Positions 8,914 through 18,499 of a stretch of DNA of 64,000 bases are shown here, piece after piece (the first letter of the stretch is position 1; every line of letters begins with the position of its first letter). The notes under the pieces are model-generated. The model worked only from the letters and a program-made list of their open reading frames with translations. It searched no databases and was not told the DNA's origin. Location: the NCBI GenBank assembly GCA_017453125.1, contig JAFTKS010000007.1:28361-92360 (forward strand), given 5' to 3'. The translations under genes were made by a program, and so were the position numbers. The stretch is from Clostridia bacterium (GTDB lineage Bacteria; Bacillota; Clostridia; Christensenellales; UBA1242).

Positions 8914-10824
8914 ATGCAAAATAATTCAATATTTTCTTTAAAAAAAAGACTACTAGCAGTTTTTCTGCTAGTGTCTTTTGTTTTTTTGTTAATTACTGTG
9001 AGATTGGGGTACTTGCAACTTATCAAAAATAGGTGGCTTCAGGCAAAGGCTATAGATCAGTGGTCGAGAGAATTGCCTCTAAATGCAATAAGGGGAAGTA
9101 TTTTTGATAGAAATGGCGTGGCTCTTGCAACTAATTATAGTACCTACGATGTATATGTTAGACCCTCTATGGTAAAAGATAAAACAAAAGTTTCATATGA
9201 GTTGAGTAAGATTTTCTCGCTTGATTATGATGCTGTATTTAAAAAAGTGTCGAATAGGTTTGTTAGTGAAAGTTTAATAAAATTGCAAGTTGATAAAGCG
9301 GTTGTTGAGAGAATTAAGAGTCTTGATTTAAGCGGTGTTGTGTTTAGTGAAAACAATTCAAGATATTATCCGTATAATAATTCTTTGACGCAGGTTTTGG
9401 GTTTTACGACGATTGATAATGTTGGGCAGGCTGGTCTTGAGGCGTATTATAATAAATATTTAACGGGTGTAAATGGTTTTGTCTTAGAAGAAAGTGATGT
9501 AAAAGGTGTAAAGATTGATAATACTTTGAGTACATATGTTCCGAGTATTCCTGGGCTGGATTTGGAATTGACTATTGATATTAATATACAAAAATCGGTA
9601 GAAAGAGCCTTGATAAAACTTGTTGAAGAACAAAAACCGAAAACGGCGAGTGCGATTGTTATGAATCCGAATACTGGAGAAATTGTTGCAATGGCAACTT
9701 TACCAAATTTTGATTTGAATAATGTTCCAAGGGACGATGTTTCAAAATTGATGGAGACTGTTAAAAATATTAATATTGTTGATGTTTATGAACCAGGGTC
9801 AACTTTTAAATGTGTAACTATGGCGATGGCTATAAATGAAGGAGTTGTCAACTTAAATAATACTTTTTTTGATCCTGGTTATAGAATGGTTGATAATGAA
9901 AAAATTAAATGTTGGAAATTGACTGGTCACGGACATCAGACTTTAAGTGAGGGATTGTGTAATAGTTGCAATAGTGTTTTTGTGGATTTGGCTTTGAGGC
10001 TAGGAAAAGATAGAGTTTATCAGATGTTTGAAAAATTTGGTATTGGCTCAAAACTTGGAGTGGATTTTTTAGGTGAAAGTGCTGGGATTGTAATGGATTA
10101 TGATTTGTCAAAAACGGTTGATGTTGCGAGAATGGGCTTTGGTCAAGCGGTTGCAATGACCCCTCTTCAATTAATTTCTGCAATATGTAGTATTGTAAAT
10201 GGCGGAACATTATATCAGCCTTATTTTGTAAAATCAATAATTGATACGAATGGTGAAGTTGTGAATAGTGTTAATCCAAAAGAAATAAATAAAACAATTT
10301 CAAAAGAAACTAGTGCAATTATGAAGAATATGATGTTGGACGTTATTAAGCAATATAGTGGGTATTATGCTTTTATTCCAGGATATGAAGTTGGAGGGAA
10401 AACGGGAACAACTCAAAAATATTCCAATGGAAAAATTAGTGGAGAATATATTGCGTCGTTTGTTGGCACGTTTCCTGCTCAAAACCCAGATTATGTAATT
10501 TTGATTACAGTAGATGAGCCGGGAGGAGATAGTTATTACGGTTCAATTGTTGCCACGCCTTATGCAAAGATGGTTTTTGAAGATATTATTGAGTATGGAA
10601 ATTATAAACCTGTAAATCCAGATGAAATACAGAATGATATTTTAAACGAAAAAGTTCAAATGTTAGATGTAATTGGCAAAGGTGTATATGATGCTGTTAA
10701 CATTCTTGAACAGAATGGTTTGCAGGTAGAAATTCAGGGTGATGGGGATATGGTGACAAGGCAGTTTCCAATGCCTGGGGCTGAGGTTGTAAAAAATGGA
10801 ATTGTAATGATTGAGTGTGTTTGA
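8914..10824 (+). CDS. Class B penicillin-binding protein (FtsI/PBP2B/SpoVD family) with C-terminal PASTA domain
   Basis: N-terminal TM, SxxK (STFK), SxN (SCN), KTGT, and a PASTA-like tail (VIGKGVYDAVNILEQNGLQVEIQGDG). dcw position. Confidence 0.9.
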   Translation: MQNNSIFSLKKRLLAVFLLVSFVFLLITVRLGYLQLIKNRWLQAKAIDQWSRELPLNAIRGSIFDRNGVALATNYSTYDVYVRPSMVKDKTKVSYELSKIFSLDYDAVFKKVSNRFVSESLIKLQVDKAVVERIKSLDLSGVVFSENNSRYYPYNNSLTQVLGFTTIDNVGQAGLEAYYNKYLTGVNGFVLEESDVKGVKIDNTLSTYVPSIPGLDLELTIDINIQKSVERALIKLVEEQKPKTASAIVMNPNTGEIVAMATLPNFDLNNVPRDDVSKLMETVKNINIVDVYEPGSTFKCVTMAMAINEGVVNLNNTFFDPGYRMVDNEKIKCWKLTGHGHQTLSEGLCNSCNSVFVDLALRLGKDRVYQMFEKFGIGSKLGVDFLGESAGIVMDYDLSKTVDVARMGFGQAVAMTPLQLISAICSIVNGGTLYQPYFVKSIIDTNGEVVNSVNPKEINKTISKETSAIMKNMMLDVIKQYSGYYAFIPGYEVGGKTGTTQKYSNGKISGEYIASFVGTFPAQNPDYVILITVDEPGGDSYYGSIVATPYAKMVFEDIIEYGNYKPVNPDEIQNDILNEKVQMLDVIGKGVYDAVNILEQNGLQVEIQGDGDMVTRQFPMPGAEVVKNGIVMIECV

Positions 10825-10964
10825 GTGATAGTGAAATCTAAGTGTTGTTCTTTTTGTAGAAATATGTGAGATAGGTAAGCTTGTGCTTGTCTATTTTTGT
10901 CGTATGGTAATAATGGCTTTTGTGTAGATGTTATAATATTTTAAATAAATATTAAAGGTGAATT

Positions 10965-12410
10965 ATGAGATTGAGTAGGGTTCTAGAAGGGATTGATTGT
11001 GAACTAAAAAATTTCAAAAACTATAACATAAAAAGTGTTACACATATTTCAAGAGATGCGATGAAAGGTGGGTTGTTCGTTTGTATTAAGGGCGCAAATT
11101 TTGATGGTAATAAATATGTAGCAGATGTGGTTGCTTGTGGTGTATGCTGTGTTGTGACTGAAGATAAAGGTGTTGAAATATTAGAAGGTGTATGCTATGT
11201 ATTTGTGTCTGATATAAGAAAAGCAATGAGTGTTATTGCAAAAAACTTCTACAATAAATGTGTAGATAAAATGAAGGTGATTGGAATTGTTGGTACGGCT
11301 GGTAAAACTTCAACATCGTTTATTATAAATCATTTGCTGTCAAATACTGGGTTTAAAACAGGTGTTATTGGCACAAATGGGATATTTATTGGCAAAAACC
11401 GAATGGAAAATACGTTTACAACCCCAGATCCTTTTGAGTTGCATTACATATTATATCAAATGAAACTACTTGGAGTTGATGTTGTTATAATGGAAGTAAG
11501 TGCACAGGCTATATACTATAAAAAAATATATGGCATAAGTTTTGATGTCTGTGTATTTACAAATATCACAAAAGAGCATCTTGATTTTTTTGGAAGTTTG
11601 GAAAACTATGCTAGGGTCAAAATGGATTTTTTCAAATCTGCAAATATGAAAGAATGTGTTGTGAACATAGATGATTTTTATGGAAGAGAAATTGCATATA
11701 AGACCGATGTTCCTTGTGTTAGTTATGGTGTTTTGAATCCGTCTAATTCATTTGCGATAAAAGTGAAATTATCTTTGGACTCAACTCAATTTGTTGCAAA
11801 TATTATGGATGATGTGATTGATTGTAATGTGCCATTGGTTGGAGACTATAGCGTGTATAACATTCTTTCTGCATTAACTGTTGCAAGACTGATGGGTGTT
11901 GAGTCGGCTGTGTTGCAAAGGTCTATAAATAGTATTGATGTTATTGAAGGGAGATTTAATGTATATAATATAAACGGACGAACATTTATAATTGACTTTG
12001 CGCATACACCAGATAGTATTGAAAAACTTCTTCAGCATATAAAGAGTTATTCTGATTCAAAAATAATAAGTGTGTTTGGGTGTGTTGGTTATAGTGATAA
12101 AGAAAAAAGGGAATCAATGGGCAGTGTGGTATCAAAGTTTTCTAATGAGATAGTTTTGACTTCGGATAATTCTGGAAATACTCCATTTGAAGATATTTGT
12201 AGAGACGTTATTCCAGCTTTTGGTGATGTGGTTTTTCATACAGAGAGTGATAGGGGTTCTGCGATTGACCTTGCGTATCGACTTTCCAAAGTTGGTGATA
12301 TAGTTGTATTAATAGGGAAAGGTGCGGAAACATTTCAAAAAATAGGAGATGAGAGAGTTCCTTATAGTGAAAAAGATTGTGTTTTGAAGTTGATGGAGAA
12401 ATATAAGTGA
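10965..12410 (+). CDS. murE: UDP-MurNAc-L-Ala-D-Glu:diamino-acid ligase MurE
   Basis: P-loop GTAGKTST, Mur ligase architecture, dcw position. The DNPR specificity motif is replaced by DNSG (12165-12176). Confidence 0.88.
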   Translation: MRLSRVLEGIDCELKNFKNYNIKSVTHISRDAMKGGLFVCIKGANFDGNKYVADVVACGVCCVVTEDKGVEILEGVCYVFVSDIRKAMSVIAKNFYNKCVDKMKVIGIVGTAGKTSTSFIINHLLSNTGFKTGVIGTNGIFIGKNRMENTFTTPDPFELHYILYQMKLLGVDVVIMEVSAQAIYYKKIYGISFDVCVFTNITKEHLDFFGSLENYARVKMDFFKSANMKECVVNIDDFYGREIAYKTDVPCVSYGVLNPSNSFAIKVKLSLDSTQFVANIMDDVIDCNVPLVGDYSVYNILSALTVARLMGVESAVLQRSINSIDVIEGRFNVYNINGRTFIIDFAHTPDSIEKLLQHIKSYSDSKIISVFGCVGYSDKEKRESMGSVVSKFSNEIVLTSDNSGNTPFEDICRDVIPAFGDVVFHTESDRGSAIDLAYRLSKVGDIVVLIGKGAETFQKIGDERVPYSEKDCVLKLMEKYK

Positions 12411-13387
12411 AGTTTGGATTATTAAACTTGGTTTTGTGTTTTTTTGTATCTTTAATGATTTCGCCAGTTATTATTAAATGGTTGAAAAAATTAAAGTTTG
12501 GGCAAAGTATTCTTGTATATGTTGAACAGCATAAGGGAAAATCTGGCACGCCTACGATGGGTGGAATTGTATTTATAATTTCATCAATACTAGGGCTCGT
12601 TGTGTTTTGGTCTAAGAATAATACTTTTGCTGTAATATCAATTATGTCGATGTTGTTTTTTGGTGTGCTTGGATTTTTAGATGATTATATTAAAATTAAG
12701 TACAAGCATAACGAGGGTTTGAAACCATATCAAAAAATTCTGGGACAACTTGGAATTGCGTCGGTACTTGCTGTGTATATTTACCTGTCCGGAATGAATG
12801 GTGGAGTTATATTGATTCCGTTTTCGCATATTGAATGGAATATTGGTTGGGGTATTATTCCGTTTGTAATAATATTTTATGTTGCGGTTGTTAATAGTGT
12901 AAACTTGATAGATGGTCTAGATGGCCTTTGTGGTGGTGTTAGTTCTGTTGTAATTTTTGCATTCTCTATAATTCTTGTAATTATATCAGGTGGGATTGAA
13001 GGTGTTGTTCAGTCTGAATTTGTTAATTTGTCGATTGTATTGCTTGGAGTGGTTGGTGCTGTTCTGGGTTTCTTATGTTTCAATTGGTTCCCTGCAAAAG
13101 TCTTTATGGGCGATACTGGTTCTCTTGCGTTAGGTGGGTTATTGGCTTCGTCTTTTGCTTTGAGTGGGCAATATTTACTTATTTTGATTTTGGGATTTGC
13201 TTTTGTTTTGACTAGCGTTAGTGTGATATTGCAAGTTGTTAGTTATAAATTAACAAAGAAAAGAATATTTAAAATGTCACCAATTCATCATCATTTTGAA
13301 TCAAGTAGTCACGAGGCAAAGGTTACAATTTTGTATGTTATAATGACAATAATCTTATGTGTGTTGACAATAAGTTTGTATTTGTGA
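12407..13387 (+). CDS. mraY: Phospho-N-acetylmuramoyl-pentapeptide transferase MraY
   Basis: GTPTMGG, NLIDGLDGL, FMGDTGSLALGG, SPIHHHFE. The GTG start overlaps the murE stop. Confidence 0.95.
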   Translation: MKFGLLNLVLCFFVSLMISPVIIKWLKKLKFGQSILVYVEQHKGKSGTPTMGGIVFIISSILGLVVFWSKNNTFAVISIMSMLFFGVLGFLDDYIKIKYKHNEGLKPYQKILGQLGIASVLAVYIYLSGMNGGVILIPFSHIEWNIGWGIIPFVIIFYVAVVNSVNLIDGLDGLCGGVSSVVIFAFSIILVIISGGIEGVVQSEFVNLSIVLLGVVGAVLGFLCFNWFPAKVFMGDTGSLALGGLLASSFALSGQYLLILILGFAFVLTSVSVILQVVSYKLTKKRIFKMSPIHHHFESSSHEAKVTILYVIMTIILCVLTISLYL

Positions 13388-13394
13388 GGTGTTT

Positions 13395-14711
13395 ATGGAG
13401 TTTGGTTATAAAAACGTTTTAATAATGGGTTATGGTGTAAGTGGGCAGTCTGTTGAAGTTGTGCTAAAAAAATTAAAAGGTGTTGATTATAAAATATGGG
13501 ATAGTGGGAAGAAAATAATTGGGGGGAAATATTGTAGTAAGCTATCTAAAAAGTTTATACGACAATTTGATTTGTTGATAGTTTCCCCTGGTGTTAGTGT
13601 GTATAATAAATATATTGTGTATGCAGAGAAGATTGGTATTAAAGTAATTGGCGAATTGGAATTTGGATATTGGTTTACATCGTCTCCCGTAGTTGCGATT
13701 ACTGGTACTAATGGTAAGACTACAACAACTAGACTTGTTAATGATATTGTTGGAACGTCTTTTAAATGTGGGGCGTTTGGTAATATTGGAAAGCCGTTAA
13801 GTACAGCATATAATCAAGATAATGAATTTTTAATTTGTGAAGTCAGTTCTTTTCAGTTGGAAACGACGTGTATGTTCAAACCTTTTATTTCTGTTATTTT
13901 GAATATTGCAGAAGATCACCTAGATAGACACAAGACTTTTGAAAACTACATACAAAGTAAAATGGGATTGATTAAGAATTGTACAGAAAAGTCTATGATG
14001 GTGCTTAATGCGGACGATAAAATAATTATGGAGCGAACAAAGGATATAAAGGCAAGAAAATATTACATATCTGAATTTGAGAAAGTTAAAGGCGTGTATG
14101 TATACAAAAATAAAATATATGCCAATCTTGGTAAGGTAGAAGAAATAGTTTGTTTAGATGAGATAGAGCATACATATGGAATTGTGCAAGATGTTTTAGC
14201 AAGTGTATTGGTAGGATTACTGTTGAAAGTAGATAAAGCTAGAATTGTGAATGCTATAAAAAGTTTTAAAGTGTCTCCGCATAGAATTGAACTTGTAGAA
14301 AGTAGAAATGGAATCAAATATATTGATGATAGTAAAAGTACAAATGTGCATAGTTCTTTACACGCATTGAAGATATGCAAAGATAAGGTAATACTTTTGC
14401 TTGGTGGGGTAGACAAAAAATTGAACTTTGAGAGTTTATTTCAAACCTATTCTGAAAAAATAGATCAAGTAGTTGCTTTTGGTAGTGCTAGAAAAAAGAT
14501 TGTGGCTTGTGCGAAAAAATGTGGATTCGATAGGGTTCTATCAGTTGCTCGTTTTTCAGATGCCGTCAATACAGCTTGCAAACTTGCAAAAGAAAGTAAT
14601 ATTGTTCTTTTGTCTCCAGGCTGTGCTAGTTTTGATGAGTTTACAGGATATGCACAAAGGGGAGAGGAGTTTGCAAAAATAGTCAAGGGGTATATTAATG
14701 CCAAAGTCTAA
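13395..14711 (+). CDS. murD: UDP-MurNAc-L-Ala:D-Glu ligase MurD
   Basis: GYGVSGQS N-terminus, P-loop ITGTNGKTTTT. ATG 13395 lies after GAGG; GTG 13389 is an alternative start. Confidence 0.9.
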   Translation: MEFGYKNVLIMGYGVSGQSVEVVLKKLKGVDYKIWDSGKKIIGGKYCSKLSKKFIRQFDLLIVSPGVSVYNKYIVYAEKIGIKVIGELEFGYWFTSSPVVAITGTNGKTTTTRLVNDIVGTSFKCGAFGNIGKPLSTAYNQDNEFLICEVSSFQLETTCMFKPFISVILNIAEDHLDRHKTFENYIQSKMGLIKNCTEKSMMVLNADDKIIMERTKDIKARKYYISEFEKVKGVYVYKNKIYANLGKVEEIVCLDEIEHTYGIVQDVLASVLVGLLLKVDKARIVNAIKSFKVSPHRIELVESRNGIKYIDDSKSTNVHSSLHALKICKDKVILLLGGVDKKLNFESLFQTYSEKIDQVVAFGSARKKIVACAKKCGFDRVLSVARFSDAVNTACKLAKESNIVLLSPGCASFDEFTGYAQRGEEFAKIVKGYINAKV

Positions 14712-15855
14712 AAAAATTAATATCCTGCTTGTGTGTTTAGTTTTGTTTCTTTGTTTGTTTGGAATGTTGATGATATACAGTGCTAGTTCATATTCCAGTG
14801 ATGTTTTGTTTGGAGATTCCTTTCATTTTGTAAAAAAACAATTATTTGGATTTGTTTTAGGTGTAATATTGTTTTGCATTACGAGCAAGATAGATTATCA
14901 TAGATATTATCGATTACGTTGGTGGGTTATATCAATTTCTGTCATTCTTTTGTTATTGGTATTTGTACCAGGTATTGGAATTTCTGCAAATGGTGCTAGA
15001 CGTTGGATTGGTTTTGCAGGACTAAATTTACAGAGTAGTGAGGTCGCCAAATTTGGTTTTGTAATATTTGCTAGTTCGTATCTTTCAAAAAATTATGAAA
15101 AAACGAAGACTTTCAAGGGTATTCTTCCCATTCTTGTTTCGGGTGGGATAATATGCTTGCTAGTTATTCTTGAGCCGAATATGAGTGTTACTATGTGTAT
15201 TGGAATGGTGATGGTAATAATGCTTATCATTGGTGGTATGAGTTGGAAACACTTTGTAATCCTTGGCATACCTGCTTTATGTTTGGCGGTGTTATTAATA
15301 TTATTAGAACCATATAGGCTAGATAGGTTGCTTGCTTTTATCAATCCGTGGGCAAATCCAAAAGAAGAAGGCTATCAATTGATTCAATCTCTTTATTCTC
15401 TTGGTGCTGGTGGTTTATTTGGAGTGGGGCTTTTTAATAGTAGACAGAAATATTTGTTTTTGCCATTTGCAGAAAGCGATTTTATTTTTGCAATAATAGG
15501 TGAGGAGTTTGGACTAATTGGGTCTATACTAATTTTATCAATTTATGTAATTATTATTGCACTTGGAATCAAAATTGCTCTTAATGCCTCAGATAGAATG
15601 GGTACGTATCTAGCTAGTGGTATAACAAGTGTGATTGCAATTCAGCTACTTATAAATATTGCTGTTGTCACGGGCTCCATTCCACCCACTGGAATACCTA
15701 TGCCGTTTATCTCGGCAGGTGGGACATCTTTGAGTGTGTTTATGGGTGCTATTGGTATACTATGCAATGTGGGGAAAAGTAAGGAAAATGTGGAAGAATT
15801 TAAGAAAAGCAAGTTTGAATTAAATTTCTTAAAAAATAAAAATAAAGCAAAATGA
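14698..15855 (+). CDS. ftsW: SEDS-family peptidoglycan polymerase FtsW/SpoVE
   Basis: Multi-TM protein with SSEVAKF and PFISAGGTS motifs. Overlaps the murD end. Its last ~35 codons are duplicated at 18500-18610. Confidence 0.9.
   Translation: MPKSKKINILLVCLVLFLCLFGMLMIYSASSYSSDVLFGDSFHFVKKQLFGFVLGVILFCITSKIDYHRYYRLRWWVISISVILLLLVFVPGIGISANGARRWIGFAGLNLQSSEVAKFGFVIFASSYLSKNYEKTKTFKGILPILVSGGIICLLVILEPNMSVTMCIGMVMVIMLIIGGMSWKHFVILGIPALCLAVLLILLEPYRLDRLLAFINPWANPKEEGYQLIQSLYSLGAGGLFGVGLFNSRQKYLFLPFAESDFIFAIIGEEFGLIGSILILSIYVIIIALGIKIALNASDRMGTYLASGITSVIAIQLLINIAVVTGSIPPTGIPMPFISAGGTSLSVFMGAIGILCNVGKSKENVEEFKKSKFELNFLKNKNKAK
15751..15781 (+). repeat. Left copy of a 31-bp perfect direct repeat (inside the ftsW 3' end)
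   Basis: ATTGGTATACTATGCAATGTGGGGAAAAGTA is identical at 18520-18550. Weaker similarity continues on both sides. Confidence 0.95.
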
Positions 15856-15871
15856 TTTTGCTTTATTTTTT
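15842..15871. terminator. Bidirectional terminator between ftsW and xre
   Basis: ATAAAGCAAAA-TGA-TTTTGCTTTAT hairpin, with a T-run on the + strand and an A-rich flank for the - strand. Confidence 0.75.
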
Positions 15872-16073
15872 AATCTTCCAAACCCAACAAATAATCTGTG
15901 GTTACATCAAAAACTTTAGACAATGTTATTAGTTGTTCTAAATTACATTCTCTTTGTCCCAACTCCCAATAACTGATTGTCCTAACATTTACAAATATTA
16001 AATTTGCAAGAGTTTGTCTTGACATATTTTTTTCTTTTCTTAAATCTTTCAATATTTCTGGAAACTTCGTCAT
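15870..16073 (-). CDS. XRE-family helix-turn-helix transcriptional regulator
   Basis: 67 aa. LRKEKNMSRQTLANLIFVNVRTISYWELGQRECNLEQLITLSKVFDVTTDYLLG is the classic Cro/cI-type HTH pattern. Confidence 0.85.
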   Translation of the reverse strand: MTKFPEILKDLRKEKNMSRQTLANLIFVNVRTISYWELGQRECNLEQLITLSKVFDVTTDYLLGLED

Positions 16074-16086
16074 TAATATTAGTTTA

Positions 16087-16099
16087 GAACAAAATGTTC
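16087..16099. promoter_or_regulatory. Operator-like palindrome GAACAAAATGTTC (copy 1)
   Basis: Perfect inverted repeat GAACA-N3-TGTTC, 14 nt from the xre start codon. Confidence 0.6.
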
Positions 16100-16107
16100 A
16101 AAAATAC

Positions 16108-16136
16108 TTGACTTGGAACAAAATGTTCTATATAAT
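16108..16136 (+). promoter_or_regulatory. Sigma-A-type promoter of the lipoprotein gene
   Basis: TTGACT (16108-16113), a 17-nt spacer, then TATAAT (16131-16136). AGGAG RBS and ATG at 16164 downstream. Confidence 0.7.
16116..16128. promoter_or_regulatory. Operator-like palindrome GAACAAAATGTTC (copy 2, inside promoter spacer)
   Basis: Identical 13-mer lying between the -35 and -10 of the lipoprotein-gene promoter. Confidence 0.6.
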
Positions 16137-16163
16137 TATTGAAAATTATAAAAAGGAGAAAAA

Positions 16164-17477
16164 ATGAAGAAAAATAAATTACAGAAGATATTTGTGTTAA
16201 TGATTATGGGTTTAATGTTTTGTGCTTTGACCTTTGTGTTTGCGGGGTGTAGCAACAAAGAAAGTCAATCATTAAATTCAAAGATAGAAATCCTTGAAAA
16301 TGAGATTTCAAAGTTGGAAGATAAAATAGAAAAGTTAGAAGAAAAATGTGAAGTATTGGCAGATGATGACAAGGATTACTGCACAGTCTTATATGATTTA
16401 AATTTTAAAAACACAGATTATAATGTGTTAAAAAGTTGTTTTGATAAAGGATTATCATTTGATGTTGATGGTTTCGTAGAGCATAGCAATATTGTAGAAA
16501 AGGGGAATGTTGACCTTGTTTATAGTAAGCAAATTGAACTTGGTAGGGGATTTGTGCTTTATGAATTTCAGGATGATGTCTTAAATAGTTATTTTGATGG
16601 TTGGTATACGTCTTCGGATATACGTGTTTTTGAATTGACTTCAATCGTAAATACTGATATTACTTTATATGCTAAATGGAAAGAAGATTTAAAAACTCTA
16701 ACTTCTGCTGGTGGAAGAGATTTTGAGTATTATTTTAATGAAGAGGAGCAAACTGCTTCATTTTACAATGGAACTGCAAGTTTTTCCCATAATGGTGTAG
16801 GGTATATATCGTTACCAGAAGTTGTTTTTAATGATGGTAAATTTTACGTTGTTAATGATATAAGCACTAACTATTCAAGAGAACATATGGTTTATATTGT
16901 GCCTAAAACATATACAGGAAGTGTTTCCTTTCCTATAATATTTCCAAACAAAGATGAATCTGGTGATTCTAGTTTAACTTATTTAGGAGACTATATTTCT
17001 CAACAAATAGGTAGCGTTATTTGTATATATAAAGCTGATTATACAAAAAATACATTAAAGTTGCTTAGTATTGAAGAAGGTTCTACGTATACTAGTAATC
17101 CATATCTAACGTTAGGTAAAAATATTACACTTTGTAGAGTTGGAGATAGTCAAAGAACTTTAAAAATAATAGGATTTTGTTTTATCTATCCTGCAACTGA
17201 TGATTGTCCATATACTAAATTTATTATAAGTAAAGATGTTGATGTTGAATTTCCGACCTATTGGAATGTATTCCAAAATAATGATAACCAACCAATTGAT
17301 GTATTTTTTGAATTGACCAAGGATGAGCTTGCAGACATAGATTCTGGTTTGATTGGAAGTTCTGCATATGAAACGAGATATTATTATTCGGATACGGAAC
17401 CTACTGATGGATATAATTATTGGCATTATGATACTGATGGTAAGACACCTGTTATTTGGGAGTCCGCAACTGAATAA
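16164..17477 (+). CDS. Lipoprotein with coiled-coil segment and Listeria/Bacteroides-type (Flg_new-like) repeat
   Basis: Signal peptide plus lipobox FVFAGC. KIEILENEISKLEDKIEKLEEK coiled coil. FDGWYTSSDIRVFELTSIVNTDITLYAKW matches the Flg_new repeat signature. Confidence 0.6.
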   Translation: MKKNKLQKIFVLMIMGLMFCALTFVFAGCSNKESQSLNSKIEILENEISKLEDKIEKLEEKCEVLADDDKDYCTVLYDLNFKNTDYNVLKSCFDKGLSFDVDGFVEHSNIVEKGNVDLVYSKQIELGRGFVLYEFQDDVLNSYFDGWYTSSDIRVFELTSIVNTDITLYAKWKEDLKTLTSAGGRDFEYYFNEEEQTASFYNGTASFSHNGVGYISLPEVVFNDGKFYVVNDISTNYSREHMVYIVPKTYTGSVSFPIIFPNKDESGDSSLTYLGDYISQQIGSVICIYKADYTKNTLKLLSIEEGSTYTSNPYLTLGKNITLCRVGDSQRTLKIIGFCFIYPATDDCPYTKFIISKDVDVEFPTYWNVFQNNDNQPIDVFFELTKDELADIDSGLIGSSAYETRYYYSDTEPTDGYNYWHYDTDGKTPVIWESATE

Positions 17478-17484
17478 AAATAAA

Positions 17485-17527
17485 AAAGGTAAATTGAATG
17501 TATTTGATTTACCTTTTTATTTTTTTA
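17485..17527 (+). terminator. Rho-independent terminator
   Basis: AAAGGTAAAT (17485-17494) pairs with ATTTACCTTT (17507-17516), followed by a T-run. Confidence 0.75.
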
Positions 17528-17786
17528 TGCGATAACTGATATTAATGAGGTTTCATTCCACCAATAGTTTTGTCGCTTCCGTTTGTCTCTGTCGGCTCAA
17601 CTTTTATGTTGGTTTTTAAGAGTGCAATAGGTGTTGTATTAAATATGGATAGGTAGAGTAGGAAAGCAAAATTGAATTCTTTTAATTATAGTGTATACAA
17701 ATTACATGCAACTTGTATACACTTTTGTTTTTGATATTGAAAAACGTGGTGTTTTATGATATAATTAAAATAGTTAGGAGTATTTT

Positions 17787-18254
17787 ATGAGAGACATTCA
17801 TAATATTTATGTTGAAAATAGCAGTGTTAATTTAACAAAACAAATGTATAAAGATAATAGGATAAAACAAATATTTTTAAATTTTATAAAAGAAGATTTT
17901 CCCAGTTTTTTAGGAGATATTAAATTTAGAATTTATGATGAATTTGATTATTCAGAACAACAAATTGTAGGTGAGGGGCCAGAATTTTATAGTGAATGCA
18001 AATTGTCAGATTTTTGTATAACCTATTCATTTACGGATTATACTTTTTTGGTTAATATACACCATAATGGCGAATATGGAAGACAAATTAAAGACTATAG
18101 TGATGAGTGGGTTCAGTATTTAACTCAACAATTACATGTGACTGAAATGGAACAATACTCAAAAGGTTTAAAAATCTTTATTAATAAACTTTCAAAAACG
18201 ATTGAAAATCAGTTTTTAAGTGCTGCTACTAATGAAAAACAATTAGAAATATAA
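17787..18254 (+). CDS. Hypothetical protein (155 aa)
   Basis: ORF with an AGGAG RBS (TAGTTAGGAGTATTTTATG). No recognisable motif. Confidence 0.5.
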   Translation: MRDIHNIYVENSSVNLTKQMYKDNRIKQIFLNFIKEDFPSFLGDIKFRIYDEFDYSEQQIVGEGPEFYSECKLSDFCITYSFTDYTFLVNIHHNGEYGRQIKDYSDEWVQYLTQQLHVTEMEQYSKGLKIFINKLSKTIENQFLSAATNEKQLEI

Positions 18255-18499
18255 AAAGTAAAGGCATTCATAAGATTTGGGTGTCTTTTTTAATGTTAAG
18301 ATTGATAATACAATAATTGATGTTAATATGTTCTATTTCACCAACGGGGAAAATTATTGCCTTGTCAAAACGCTCGATTGATATGATATTACAATTTTCA
18401 AAAAGTTACAATATTTTGAATTGTTTGGTTTTCCCTCTCTCCACAAGATCTAAGTTTGTTTCTTGTGGGGTTTCCGAGATGTAGTAGATGGAATAATAA

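Noticed and set aside
16087-16128. The two GAACAAAATGTTC palindromes as canonical LexA/SOS boxes
   Set aside because: The Firmicute LexA consensus is GAAC-N4-GTTC (12 nt), as seen upstream of uvrB. These sites are GAAC-N5-GTTC (13 nt). The adjacent XRE repressor is the more likely ligand.
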